Assembly (NCBI GenBank): GCA_030704615.1
Contig: CM060732.1
Location: forward strand, 45,198,001 to 45,262,000
Origin: Takakia lepidozioides
Taxonomy: Eukaryota > Plantae > Bryophyta
Length of the DNA: 64,000 nt
Reading direction: 5' to 3'
The stretch's first letter is position 1. Each line of letters opens with the position of its first letter. Shown in pieces: positions 46,444-58,323 of the stretch. The notes beneath the pieces were generated by a model. That model saw only the letters and a list, made by a program, of their open reading frames with translations. It was not told where the DNA came from and did no database searches. The translations under genes were made by a program, and so were the position numbers.

Positions 46444-48607
46444 TTTGTTAGATTTTATTATGTTTTAAATAAATAAATTCGATATAATATAAAAACATAC
46501 ATATACATATTGGAGGGTTATTTTTAATGATGAAAAATGAGAATATACATACAGAAGGGGGTACTTTCCAAAATTTGTAAATTTTTGTATATTTACAGGA
46601 GGGGATTTTATAATCTTCAAAAAGTATGTACAGAGGGGGTATAAATCAACCACCCAGGCACTATACAGGGGGTTTTATTAGGCGACGAACGCACGTGATA
46701 CGCACAGTTTATAAAGAGTGCACCCCCCGGGGCTGCAAAGTTGCAGGAGTTGCTAGCTAGACCAGCCATTGAGCGTAGCATGGTGACTCCTGGAGTAGTC
46801 ATGGTAGACAATCAGGATGAAGTGTTTCATTTGGGTGGCCCAACCGGGAGGAGGTATAGGCCACTGCAGGTCTTATTGGAATCGGGAGCACAACCATTGA
46901 TGTTGGGGAGAGCAGCAATTGCAGGCTTGGGCCTTACAGAGGCGGATTTGGAGCCTTGCCTTTTCCAAATTCAAACATCTTTGGGTGGTTCAGAGAAGAC
47001 GCGAGGGATTACACGCCATGAGCTCTTCATTCGAGATCATCCTACGGACAGCTCAGTCATGAGAGCTAAAGCCATTGTTATGGACGCGATGTCCTATGAT
47101 GGGTTGTGTTGTACCCCATGGGATTTACTTTGGACTTTTGGGAGGAAACGACATCCTACAGGCTGGAGTTGCATCTCCTGCTCCCAGTGCGGTTTTTTGG
47201 GAATGTAGCGGTGAATCATAGGAACATGATGCCCACATTGGCTGCATTCTCAGGGGTGGTGGCTTGGGGTGGTGAGCTCTTGGAGGGCAATAGTCATGCA
47301 GATGATAGGCAACCTTCGGATGAGGACAAGCAACTAGCATACAAGGTTGAGTTGCTTCCTCACGTGCCTATGCATATTCCACTATGGGGTACGGTTGGGA
47401 ATTTACAGCGAGTAGTAGGCGAGAGTGTGCACCAAGCATGGCAGGAGGCATTTCCATTGATGAGTGAGGGGAATTCAGTGACATCACCTGGACCTCCTCA
47501 GTTAGCTCCTTTGCACACAATGCCCATTACCTGGCAACTACCCGACTCAGAGATTTGTTTGCTAGATCTGTTTGGAGGCATGAGCACTGGGCTTGCAGGA
47601 GTATTGCAAGCTGGGATTAAAGTACGAAAGTACTTGTATGTGGAGAAGGATGAGATAGCTCAGCATATTTCTATGCGCCACGTTGCCTTGCTCACACACC
47701 AGTATCCTGAGTTACTGCCTTTGTCAGCAATTCAAGGGTACCAAAAGGCCTTGCCAGCAGACATTACTTTGCTGGGGGCGGATGATTTGGGCCGGCATGG
47801 TGCAATAGACTTGGTGATAGCTGGATGGCCTTGCCAATGACACTCTCCAGCAGGTCATGAGAATGGCTTGCGTGATGCAAGGTCGCATTTGTTTTGGGAG
47901 ATGTTACGAGTGTTGCGTGACTTGCAGGTGAGGCAAGTGCAACCTCTAGCTTACATCCTGGAGAATGTTCCTTTCATGGGGGATTCTCGGGCCAGGGGTA
48001 TGAGTAATGTGCATCAGATGCGGTCTTGGATTGGACCAGCTGTATTATTGGATGCAGCTGCAGTGGGTTCACGGACACATAGGCCTAGGTTGTGGTGGAC
48101 CAATCTTGCACCACCAGAGTTGCTCAAGATCAGAGCTTATGATTCCATTCAACGGCCACCCAACCTCACGGTTGAAGGCATTTGGGACCAAGGGAGATAA
48201 CCACAGAGGGTACGACATGATGACCATCCACCTTTGGCGGTGGTCAATCGATTGGGATAACCACGTGCGGCCTTGCCTACACTCATGAGTTATCCTTCGT
48301 CTCATGCTTTTCGAGACAATGGTCCAGGGTTGATTTGGGACAATGCGTTACAGCAATTGGTGGAGCCTAGTGCGGATGAGCGAGAGCGGGCAATGGGGTT
48401 TGCCACGGGCACTACAGCTGTGTCAGCTCTGTTAGAGGCATCACGACGCCAGGTGTTGGGTCAGGCAATGGATCTCAATTGTTTGACATAGGTCATTGGC
48501 TTGTGCATGGCTGAGCATCGGAGATTGTAAGCATTGGTGGCTACTTCTGTACTTCCATTGGATATCGTACACTCTCTGCCAACCGGGACGGTGGAGGCAG
48601 TTGATGA

Positions 48608-50324
48608 GCCCTGGTCGTGCGCGGCCAGGGTGACGGCATATTAGCCTATGGGGTCGTGGCAAGTTGCGGTGTAGGTTGGGCTCAACGAACCACCTACCCG
48701 ACTACGGTAAGCTGCCCCAAAGTCGCGAGCAGCCCGGAAGGAGCCGGATGTTGTGCCTAGAAAGTAGGGACTTGATTACTAAAAGCGTGGAGGTAGCCGT
48801 GGCCCAGCCACGACGTACGGGAGTGGGGCCCCAGCGCTGTCCTTCAGTCGTACTGAGATCAAGTACATCAACCGCGTGGCTCAGGCGTGAGGCCCTGAAG
48901 CGTGCGAGCAGGGTGCAGGTCTTTACTCGTTGGATAACCAAAAGTTGAGACGGACCGGCGGACGCTGGCGTTAACCGCAACGGTCCACGGTTTGGACCGC
49001 TACGCGCGGATCTGCGCCCCGCCACGTGGCGGGGGGCATTTTACCCAGCGGCAATGCGTCTACAAATTCCTTAAAGGGGGGTATTCTTAACTTTAGCTAT
49101 TAGATTCAATTTATACCCCTCTAAGGGTTATGAGCCATTATCTAAGGCGCCAGTGGTAGATAAAATCTAGGATTTTGGGAGGACGTAGCCTTGGAGGGGA
49201 GCGTTTTTAGGACTCCAAGAGAGAGTCAAGCGGGTCTGGGAGTAGTGAGTTAGAGGCGGAGACCTCAAGAGACAAGGGAGGAGAGAAAGTACTTTATCCT
49301 AAAAACTCGGCTACAGTGAGCATTTGTGTCAGAGCCCAAGGTAGATAATGACTTTTTCCACAGAGGGAAAGCGCACCAACACCTTAAAATAATGTAAGGG
49401 AGGTGAAATCTGGCTTGGACCCACCGGTGGTTATTTTATTATTTACGCGTGCATTTTCTGGACTAACGAATGTAGTGGCAGGGATGAGCTCTCAACGAGA
49501 TTCATTCATCCGATAGCGCCGCAACAGTTCCCCGCGGCAGGGAACGGTTCCCGGGTGTTTCTCGGTTCTCATTGGGTCCCAAGGGCATCTTTAGGCGCCA
49601 AGGGTATCTTTGGATTCCCCACTTGATTTCCCATAGGAAAGGTTTTTTTTTTTTTTTTTTTGATTTTTTGATTTTCTTTTATTTTCTAGCATTTCTGATT
49701 TGCGAAATTGCTTAAATAGGATAGATGCACGTGATGCTCGTTATAGCCTGTAGGGCGTTGATTAAATTGATTGAACTTGTTGAGTTGAGAGGCTTAGAAC
49801 TACCTTATTGAATTTAGTGAACCTATTGGATGACGATAAATTTTGGCCACTCCTTTGCTAAAACCAAGTATTTAGACACTGGGGTAGGAAGCGTTGGCCC
49901 TTCCATTTAGATGTGACTTGAACTCAAGCCCTCGGCGAAGGAGGGGCATTGGGAGATGAAGATTTTCCCTCTTCTCCCTAGGCTCGGCAGGTGCCTTGTG
50001 AAGGGATTAAAACATGTCCCGGCTATAGGCAGCTCGGGGGCCTAGGCGGTAGGAATTAGACAATAAACACAAAGACTTGGAAGGCAATTACTGAGTAGAC
50101 TGTAATACCGTAGGACTTAGAAACGCAAACTCATCATGTGAAGAGGAGTACGTGATTTTTCTTTGCCGGTAGGACTTAGATAGTGATCATAGCCACCATG
50201 TACGACCACGGACCCCCTGCACTAACCGCAGTCGGGTAGGCGGTTCAGTGAGCCCAACCTACACCGCAACTTACCTCGGCCCCCCTAGACTATTATGCCG
50301 TCAACCTGACCGCGCGCGCAGGGC
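48608..50324. mobile_element. 1.7-kb non-coding element with ~100-bp imperfect terminal inverted repeats
   Basis: 48608-48710 (gccctg..tgacggcata..aagttgcggtgtaggttgggctca..gaacc.cctacccgact) is the reverse complement of 50223-50324. No TSD visible. Confidence 0.8.
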
Positions 50325-50399
50325 CAATCCCAAATGTCAATATGTAAAAGCTAGCTATTTCCTAGCTAGTTTCACACTAGTGATGAAATAACTTGACAA
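50321..50399 (+). repeat. 79-bp direct repeat, copy 2
   Basis: Matches 37701-37779. Confidence 0.95.
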
Positions 50400-50749
50400 G
50401 GGCATGGCTACTCTCTTAGCCAAGGTCCTAATCTATCTCCTCTATGCCATTTTATTTTTCGAGACCAATGTGGTGGTTGGTCCCTGCCCTTGTATGTTGG
50501 CTCACATTCTCCAACTTAAGGAAGTTCAAGGTTAATTAGGGCGTAATTGTCTGAGCAAGTTGAGAAGGGCAAAGAGACGTCTCTAATATATTTACACCTC
50601 ATGGATAGTCATACTTGGAAAGAAGAAGCTAGGAAGAAGCTGATGGTCTATTTGTTTCAAAAAGGATGTCGTGGCTTTTGAAAGCTATAATTGGAATTCA
50701 ATTGATGATGACACTTAATCCAAATCCAGTTAACGAAGCTAGTTCTATC

Positions 50750-51035
50750 CAGTGTTTTTTTTCTTGGCGAAAAATCGCCAAATGGCGACCTCAAAAAATT
50801 AAAATGGAATATTCTGTCGTAAATTCCCAATTTTTTCATGGATGAAATCGCCAAACTTCTACAAAGATGAAATAATAATGGATGAATTCACCAAATATGG
50901 ATGATATACATGGATGAAAGTACATAGGAGGATGATTCTATCCAAATTTCAATGGATGAACAGAATATATAGCTATTTCTTGTAAAATTTAATAGCCATT
51001 TGTGCTATTTTTCAAATTCAAGAAAAAAATCACTG
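50750..51035. mobile_element. 286-bp hAT-type MITE
   Basis: TIRs CAGTGTTTTTTTTCTTG / CAAGAAAAAAATCACTG. 8-bp TSD GTTCTATC at 50742-50749 and 51036-51043. Internal ATGGATGA repeats. Confidence 0.9.
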
Positions 51036-52285
51036 GTTCTATCCAATCTGATATTGGCATTGGTGTGGATATCAGGAAAAAGTCTGATGTGGCGGAGCCA
51101 ATTTTGAGTATGATAGTTGTTTCTGATGGGAATTCCGTCCCGGTGATCCAACTGTGAATTCCTCAGTTCCAATTGCAACGCAACATTTTCTTCAGGTGGT
51201 GCCAATTGTTTCAACATAAGCTTCATCACTCCATTTGCTACATTAGATCCATTTTTCTGATTCCACGAGGTAGTTATGGATCAAATTTTCATGCACCAAT
51301 TGCATCTACTGCTTTCTATTTTAATTTTAGTGCTGCAGGACAATATTTTTCAGGCAGTTAGAATGATTCTGTAGTGAATTTGTACATACCATGGATTAGA
51401 ATGTAGATTATAATTGATGCATCTGGAATGACTAAAGATGTATATTTCTCTTGTTTGACACATATTACATTTGTAGAGTTTGGTGTTGAATTTGTGAAAC
51501 CTCCTCCAACATTCAAATGACTACAACAATTTCTGTCACTTTTTGATTAAGCATTAACTCTTGAATTGGATCTAAAACGGTTACGGAATTGAAAATGTTC
51601 ATTGTAATTCATCTTGAATTTGAAGAAATTGGTGCTACTGCCAAATATTGTAGAGTAAACTGAAATCATGTAATGCAGTAGACACTTATTTTGTTGTTTT
51701 ACTTTTCATCCAAGTGGAGCAATGGTTACTGATTTTACGTTAGGAATTTGTCATCCAAAGAGAAAAAAGTTACCATTTTTTTACCAGCCAATCAAGCTCG
51801 TTTCCCTAACTTGGTCAGTATTATGGTAGTAGGTGGGAAACTAAAAGAGGGTCATGGTTTACAGTTTGGATCCAGTGTGCTCTGATCCAATGAAAGGGAG
51901 CCACACCATTGAGATCCTTAAATCAGCCCTGTTATGACTTGGACAACTGATGTCCACAGGACCCAAGTTGGTACAATGCAACATTATGAGTTTATGCGCA
52001 AAGGTTGCAGAAATTGCCTGAGCTCCATGGTCACTGATCTTCACCAATGGTAATGTTTCATGAGATCATTTTTGGCTCTTGCACAATATCACATCTTGAT
52101 CAGAAGTTTGTTTCATTTAATTTTCCCTAGTTATTTCACACATTTCAGAAATTCTCTTGACTTGTATATGCATAATGAATAATGAATGTACCATAATCGT
52201 GGTACAGTTTCGAATTAAAAAAACATCCAACTTCCTGCAGTGCTTTGGCTTCTCTGCTTCTACTCTTTTCCGCCAGGACATGTTT

Positions 52286-55200
52286 CTATTGGAGACCATA
52301 AAGGACTAGAGCTGCAACTGCTGCCACCCCAACTACCAAGCCCAATATTACAGGAAGAGGGGTGGAACCTCCAGTAGCTCTACCAGTCTCAGGATCATAT
52401 CCTGCAAAGCGCTTCTTTGGTGCTTGGCATTGGGGACACTCAAATGTCTCTGGCTGCATACACAAACAAGGATATTAGGATTAAGCCACATAAACAAAGT
52501 TGTCACCTTTAGATATACAATGTGGGAGGAGATGAGCTCACTGGAGTTCACTGCCCTGCCAGGAGAAAGCTTCCTTCTGAGTGGGACGAGAGAGTCTTTA
52601 CTCGTCACATTCCTCAAATTTGCAAACCTCGTAACGGAGAAAGGGTAGAACATACCTGCTCTTCAAAAGGTTTGGACAAAGTATATATGTAGCCACAATC
52701 CAGGCATACATGGGTAGCGCGTGCCTGCAAACATGAGCAATACACCCAAACAAACTATGAGGAATTTTGAAGGGAAAAAGCAACTACTGGAATACCAACA
52801 CAGTACCTATTGACCATGTCAATGTCACTTGCAATCAGGTAATTCAATACAGGCACATTGGGTTTTGATGGGGATGGCTTCGATGGACAACTTTCATAAA
52901 GGCAATCCACGTGCAAGCAACATCCTCAACTCTTACAGCTCCCAATATATTCCCTAGTCTCCCACAATAACCGAATGCTATCAAGAAACACATTCCAATA
53001 ACAACACATTCAAGTATCAGTCGTGTTACTTTATTCACCTTCTGAGCTTCAGTGAGCTTCCTCCCAAACCGGGGAGGGGCAGGTCGCTTTGGCAGTCTCT
53101 TCACATCCACATCCGCACCTCTGTAGATATATGCAGGGTTTCAACATTACTGAGCAACAGTGATTCTAACCAGGTGGTCATGTCCACATGCTTACATATT
53201 ACTAAATAACTGCCATATAGACATATAACACAAAATCAACCTTTGGCTGGGCTGCCAGCTTGTGCCTGGAGATGAAATGCACACCAAAGCAACTAGACTG
53301 CAGGGGCCAAGACACTTTTTTATCACAAAAATAATCAATACTGGCATGAGTCCATGGGGCAAAGAAAAGCCCAGTGTACAGATATCTCCTTGCTGGCTAG
53401 AGATTTCAACGGGGGAGTTGTTTGTGCCCTGGGATTTATCACTATTGGTGGCAATACTTACCGACTCACGACAAAATAGACAGAGTCAGGTTTTGCATTG
53501 ATGGCAGTCTTGGTGAAGCCAAGTTTGTCAGCTGGCCATAGCTCGTCACCAAAAAAGCTGCTGGTGTAAATGACTTGGTCCCCCACCTTTAGGCCCGCCT
53601 TGGCTGCATTCCCTCTTGCTTCCACCCCCTGCGCACCTGCTAGATAATGTCACTGACAATGACAAGAGATTACCCCTATCCTGATAGTGCCTACTGAACA
53701 TGTTTTTCAGCAAGGCTCCCATGCTCACTTGACTCATTAGAACTTCTATGGAGGAATTGACTTGCAGTACCAATTGGTGTGCGCATCTGACTCAGTGGAT
53801 AGCCACAAAATTCTCTCTACAGAGAGACTGTCTTTGATGATGGCTGAAACCCACAGATCTGTACTTTCCTGTATAGCAATCAAGTGACTTATTGCTGGAA
53901 TGCAGCATAGAATCGAAATTAAAACGGTCGTTCGGTGCTCTTACAGTGATGATAACACGTCCACCAGGATTTTGACCCAGAGAAAGACCCAAGGGCTTGT
54001 CCACTTCAGTTTCATATGTCTTTGATGCACCTGCTGTTTTGGCTCTCACCTGTCAAATAAGAAGCACACATTGCCAATAAGATATCTTCTGTAGAATTAC
54101 TAGTTTACAGCCCCATTACATGCTCATCATCCGAAAGTTGGTTGGGCAAGTACGCAATAAAGAGAAAGAGAGAGAGATTGTGTGTATGTTTGTGCCACTG
54201 GATCTTCATCACTTCTCGGAACCATCGTTTGCTGATTAGAGAAGGTACTATTTTAATTGCAGAAGTGCGTAGGTTATGCTGTACCACATTAGCCAAACCA
54301 ACAACCATGTATTTTAAGCCTGGAATCTATACAGAAAAGTCTATCATCTCCTACCTGCAGGAGTGGAAAAGAGAAGAAAAGTAGCCACCTATAACAGGGA
54401 AAACAATTCCTTCCAAGCACCCAACAAACGTCCAAGGATCAAGCACCACAGACTTGCAAGACATTGCCATAAAAAGCTTGAGCAGAAGAGGCATACCGCG
54501 GGTAGGCGCAGTGTCTTAGTGCGAAGATTTGCCGCTAACCCCTTCGCTGCTCTAGTGCTGGTCTCTGGCAATGCCGCTCCATAAAATGAGCTTTGTGGCT
54601 GCAGATTTGCAGAAGGAAACACACCTGTCTCAATATTTGTTGGCATTGTTCGAAAAGACGAGCAGATATACACGGACATAATTAATTTACAGGTTATCAG
54701 ACAAGAGTACGTCCCAACAGGCGAGTCTATCACATCTACACACAACAGAATGTACCTCAACAAAACACGTTTTTTCAATTCAGCTGGCCTCTCAATTGCA
54801 CAATGCTCGACCATATCCGTTTCACTCTGAAGTAATCGTGTCTGCTTTGGGAAAGCGGTAACTGTACAATGAACATTACATGAATATTTCATGATCCTCA
54901 AACAACGCATCCGTCTCGGACAGTCAGGCCAGAACGGGGTGGTCACTTTAGTGTGATGAAGACATCACTCAATACCGCACAAAAATCGAAATTATGCAAT
55001 ATACAGCAAGGTGCGCCACGGAATGAGTGCATTTCCTCGGAAAAGAAGCATACGAGCATGGCTCTCATCACACCGGATATGACAGTACAGACCAGTGACC
55101 CATACCCATCAGGAAATGGAGAGCCAATTGATCAATTTCTCAGTCCTTTATCCACGTGCTACTTCAAAATCAGTATCACGAAAAGGAATAGAAACCCGTC

Positions 55201-55343
55201 AACGAGTGCACCTGGGTGCGAGAGGGGCAGGCCAGAGCAGCAGAAGGTGTGGAGGCGGCTGGCGGGGCCAGAGAGCGCGTGTGCAGCGATGGTGCAGCGG
55301 CTGATGCATGCCCCGCACATCTCCCCAACGACGCCGCTGCCAT
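52286..55343 (-). CDS. ENH1: Chloroplast PDZ + rubredoxin-like protein (ENH1/At5g17170-like), 7 exons
   Basis: Transit-peptide exon MAAASLGRCAGHAS.. (55343-55212), then PQSSFYG.. (54598-54497), VDKPLGLSLGQ, GDQVIYTSSFFGDELWPADKLGFTKTAI, PKRPAPPRFGRKLTEAQK, ATHVCLDCGYIY, CPQCQAPKKRF..VLYGLQ* (52286). Confidence 0.92.
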
Positions 55344-56247
55344 CGCACACACAGATCCCGAACGCAGCACCCGCAATATAATCCTCTCTGCACACACCCA
55401 CCCACACACACAGAGGGGACAAGAGGGACCACTGTGCTTTTCTGCAGCTCTCTTGTTTCATACTGGATACTGTTTCACTTTACTGTGCACGGGCCCTACT
55501 GACCTTTATTCAAAATCAGAGTGCGATTGGTGAATTTTTGTTTATACTCTTAAGAGTTTTAGAGAAGTTTGAAGGGTAAGTAGTGTAGTGAGGGTGCGAT
55601 AGGGCAGAAATGTGAGCAGGGAGATGCAGCACGTGGACTAGCTAGGGCCAGTCCCTGCTTTTGGGCTATTGTGCTTCTCTGAATGCAAGCAGGTAGGTGA
55701 TCTTGAGCATCATGCACTGACAGGAAGTTTGATAGGAAGTTCGAGATGGTGGAACTAAAACAGTGTCGTCGTTCGATCTTGTTTGTCCCACCTTTCACTT
55801 GTTGAGCGGATCTCTAGACCTCTTCGTACCCAGGCCATGCACGCACCGTTGTAGGTTTCACTGCTGCTCAACATGCAGCTGGCCTCACAGGTGGGGGGGG
55901 GAGGGGAACTGAACCCACAACGTCGTTTGTAGCTTGCAAAGCGGAACCCACAAAGGGAAAATGACATAATTGCCTCGCCGCTCCTCAGTACCGAGGTGCA
56001 TAAAGACTAAAGTGCAAGAGGGTGCGGGCATATTGGATTTTCCACAGAAAGCACCGCATCGTTGGATTTTCAATAGACAACTCACAGCACCTGTGCAGGG
56101 TTGGGCTAAGTAAAAGGAGACGGAACGGCAAGGAGATATGAGGAGAGAGCATTGGCGGTGTAAGCGTGAAGTCTGAGTGGTGACTCTCGTGTGACCTAGT
56201 GCGGTTATGGCCGCCTGAGAATTGACCTTTTGTCAGCAGCGACCAAC

Positions 56248-58323
56248 ATGGTGAGATCTTCAGCTCCTACCTTAGTAAGGTATTGTGTGGCATTGATGTA
56301 GTCTTCCTATACAATCATGCGGCCTGATCGGCGTCACATGTCTGGCGCAGGCATCAATCGGGCTAAATTTTACCCAAAATAAAGGACAATCATCCCGTTG
56401 CTCAAATTCTTCTCAGTATGTTGAGGAAACCTTGTTAGTGGTCCAACTGCTTCCAGATCTAGTGTCAGCAGCGTGATTTCTCTGCCACTTTTATGAGGGG
56501 GTATAGAGAACTTGCAGCGTTTCACTTCATGTGCAAATTTGCCAGTTTTGAAACGGGAAATTCATTCGCCCAACTCTTTTGGCACTTGCTTTAACAGAGC
56601 TGGATTTGGGAAGGATAGCATGAGGTTTTGATGTGGCTTTCGGTGGCCCCAGACAGTGGCCTTGTTGTGGGCTTCAGTGTACCCGTATTGATGGAATTAA
56701 TCACCCGCATGAGCATCAACTCAAGCAAGGATCACCGTTGTTATCTGTGTAGGTGTGTTGGCTATTTTGGTATTGGGCCCACAACACCCACTACTGTACG
56801 TTGCAAGGATTGAATAGGTGATGGAGGTCTGTAGAGCTTTTAATGTTTGCAATTTGCCACTGCTCTTTCAAATTTAACGGAAAACAAAACCCCAATTTAG
56901 AGTGTGGAATTGTGTGGGCGCAGGTGTACCATTCGTCATTCAAAGTTGATGCGGAAACTACACAGGCATGTGGGTGCCCGCTGCTTCCTTTGAAAAGCCA
57001 CATTAGAGGGCCTGCCCCAACTGCTGAACCAGGTATGGCCCCACTTCTGTATCTGTTCATGTTGTCATGCAGTCTTTCTTCATATCTGTGTGTTGCAGGA
57101 GCCCGGTACTTGGGTGGGAGGGGGGTTTTGGGGGGTTGTTGGTGTGGTTTCAGCTTGCAAAGTAAACCAAAGCATGAGAATTTGAGCATGGTATGGGTAA
57201 CATGTAATGGTGGAGCATCATCAAATAAGTAATGCTAGTGATGTAAAGTAAGTAGGTTGTAGTGTAATTGATTGCTTGCTCCTTATCTCTGATGACCCTA
57301 CGTCATTTGATCCAGGTGGTGTTGACATAATTGATGAGGCACTCAATTTCTTCCGCGCCAATGTCCTGTTTAGAAAGTTTGAGGTCAAAAGTGCAGCGGA
57401 CAAACTATTGATTTATTTGACCCTTTACATTAACATGGCTCTTAAGCGTATCGAGGCATGCAAGACAGAGGCTGATGGGATTAAGGCCATTATTAACCTT
57501 GGGCTGGAGAAGTTTGCAATCCCAGGAGAAGCTGGTTTTCCTCTTGGAGGCCTGTTGACACCCCCACAGGCTAAGGAAGAAGGAGGTAGGCTGTGGTCTT
57601 CTGATCGGAATCTGTTTGGATTGCATGCATTCCTGTCATCCTGATGTTTTGAAGTTACTTCATGGTATTTCCTCCAACGATGGATTCAGTTGTATGTTAA
57701 AACTGTAAGTAAACAATCTACTATTTCTCTGCAGAGAACTGTTTCTTCTTTGAATACTGTGACCTTTGTATATACGAGGAAGGGGAGCTGAGGAATTTCA
57801 GACTGAAATGTGTACTTAGTGTGATGGTTTTTCTTCAAGTTGTGTACCAAACTCGAAATCATTTCAAACATCACTATGGTTATGACTGAAGGGGGATGTG
57901 GAAGACATTGTAGCCGCTTGCTGGAACAAGCACATGAGTTTGAGCTCTTGGTTTGTCAGGATGGTCTGATTTATTTATGATCTGGACTGAGAATGATGGA
58001 TGACTTTGCACGCGTTGGCTCCATGCCAGGTGGTTCCCTGCTGTCCCACAAGTTTGTCATGTAGGCAGCCTGATGCAGCACCAGTACCTCCTGCACATAT
58101 TCTCTCTTCCGGTTACTTTCCTCTTTCACTGCCAAATTACTCAAAACTCTCTACCTGATGTCTTTTGATGAGTGCAGACTTATTTCGGAGCTATTTGAAG
58201 CAAGTGAGAGAAGAGACTAGTGGCCGGCTTATGGAACGGGTGTACAAGCAGAATGGCACTCCCAATAAATGGTGGCTTGCATTTGCGAAGAGAAAGTTCA
58301 TGAATATTATGTTGCCATTGTAA
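56248..58323 (+). CDS. ARPC3: Actin-related protein 2/3 complex subunit 3
   Basis: ATG-only exon 56248-56250; 56924-57032 VYHSSF..LPLKSHIRGPAP; 57316-57585 DIIDEALNFFRANVLFRKFEVKSAADKLLIYLT; 58178-58323 ..PNKWWLAFAKRKFMN. Confidence 0.95.

Larger units (their letters stand above)
39091..46731 (+). mobile_element. 7,641-bp P-element-like DNA transposon with 16-bp TIRs and 8-bp TSD
   Basis: TIRs CCCGGGGGGTGCACTC (39091-39106) and GAGTGCACCCCCCGGG (46716-46731). TSD GCTGCAAA at 39083-39090 and 46732-46739. Subterminal TACAG(G)AGGGG repeats at both ends. Excision restores the host reading frame. Confidence 0.92.
38900..48607 (+). mobile_element. DNMT-carrying retroelement, copy 2 (protease + complete DNMT domain), interrupted by the insertion at 39091-46731
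   Basis: 38900-39090 SPGIRPAAVFRLAARLCESG..WQAAAA continues after the insertion as KLQELLARPAIERSMVTPGVV..LLESGAQ..LDLFGGMSTG..AGWPCQ*..YILENV..RTHRPRLWWTNL..RRQVLGQAMD, colinear with copy 1. Confidence 0.88.

Noticed and set aside
54598-54946. ENH1 start at MTTPF or MPTNIE in the 185-aa ORF
   Set aside because: An upstream transit-peptide exon (55343-55212) splices in phase to 54598, so the rest of that ORF is intron read-through.
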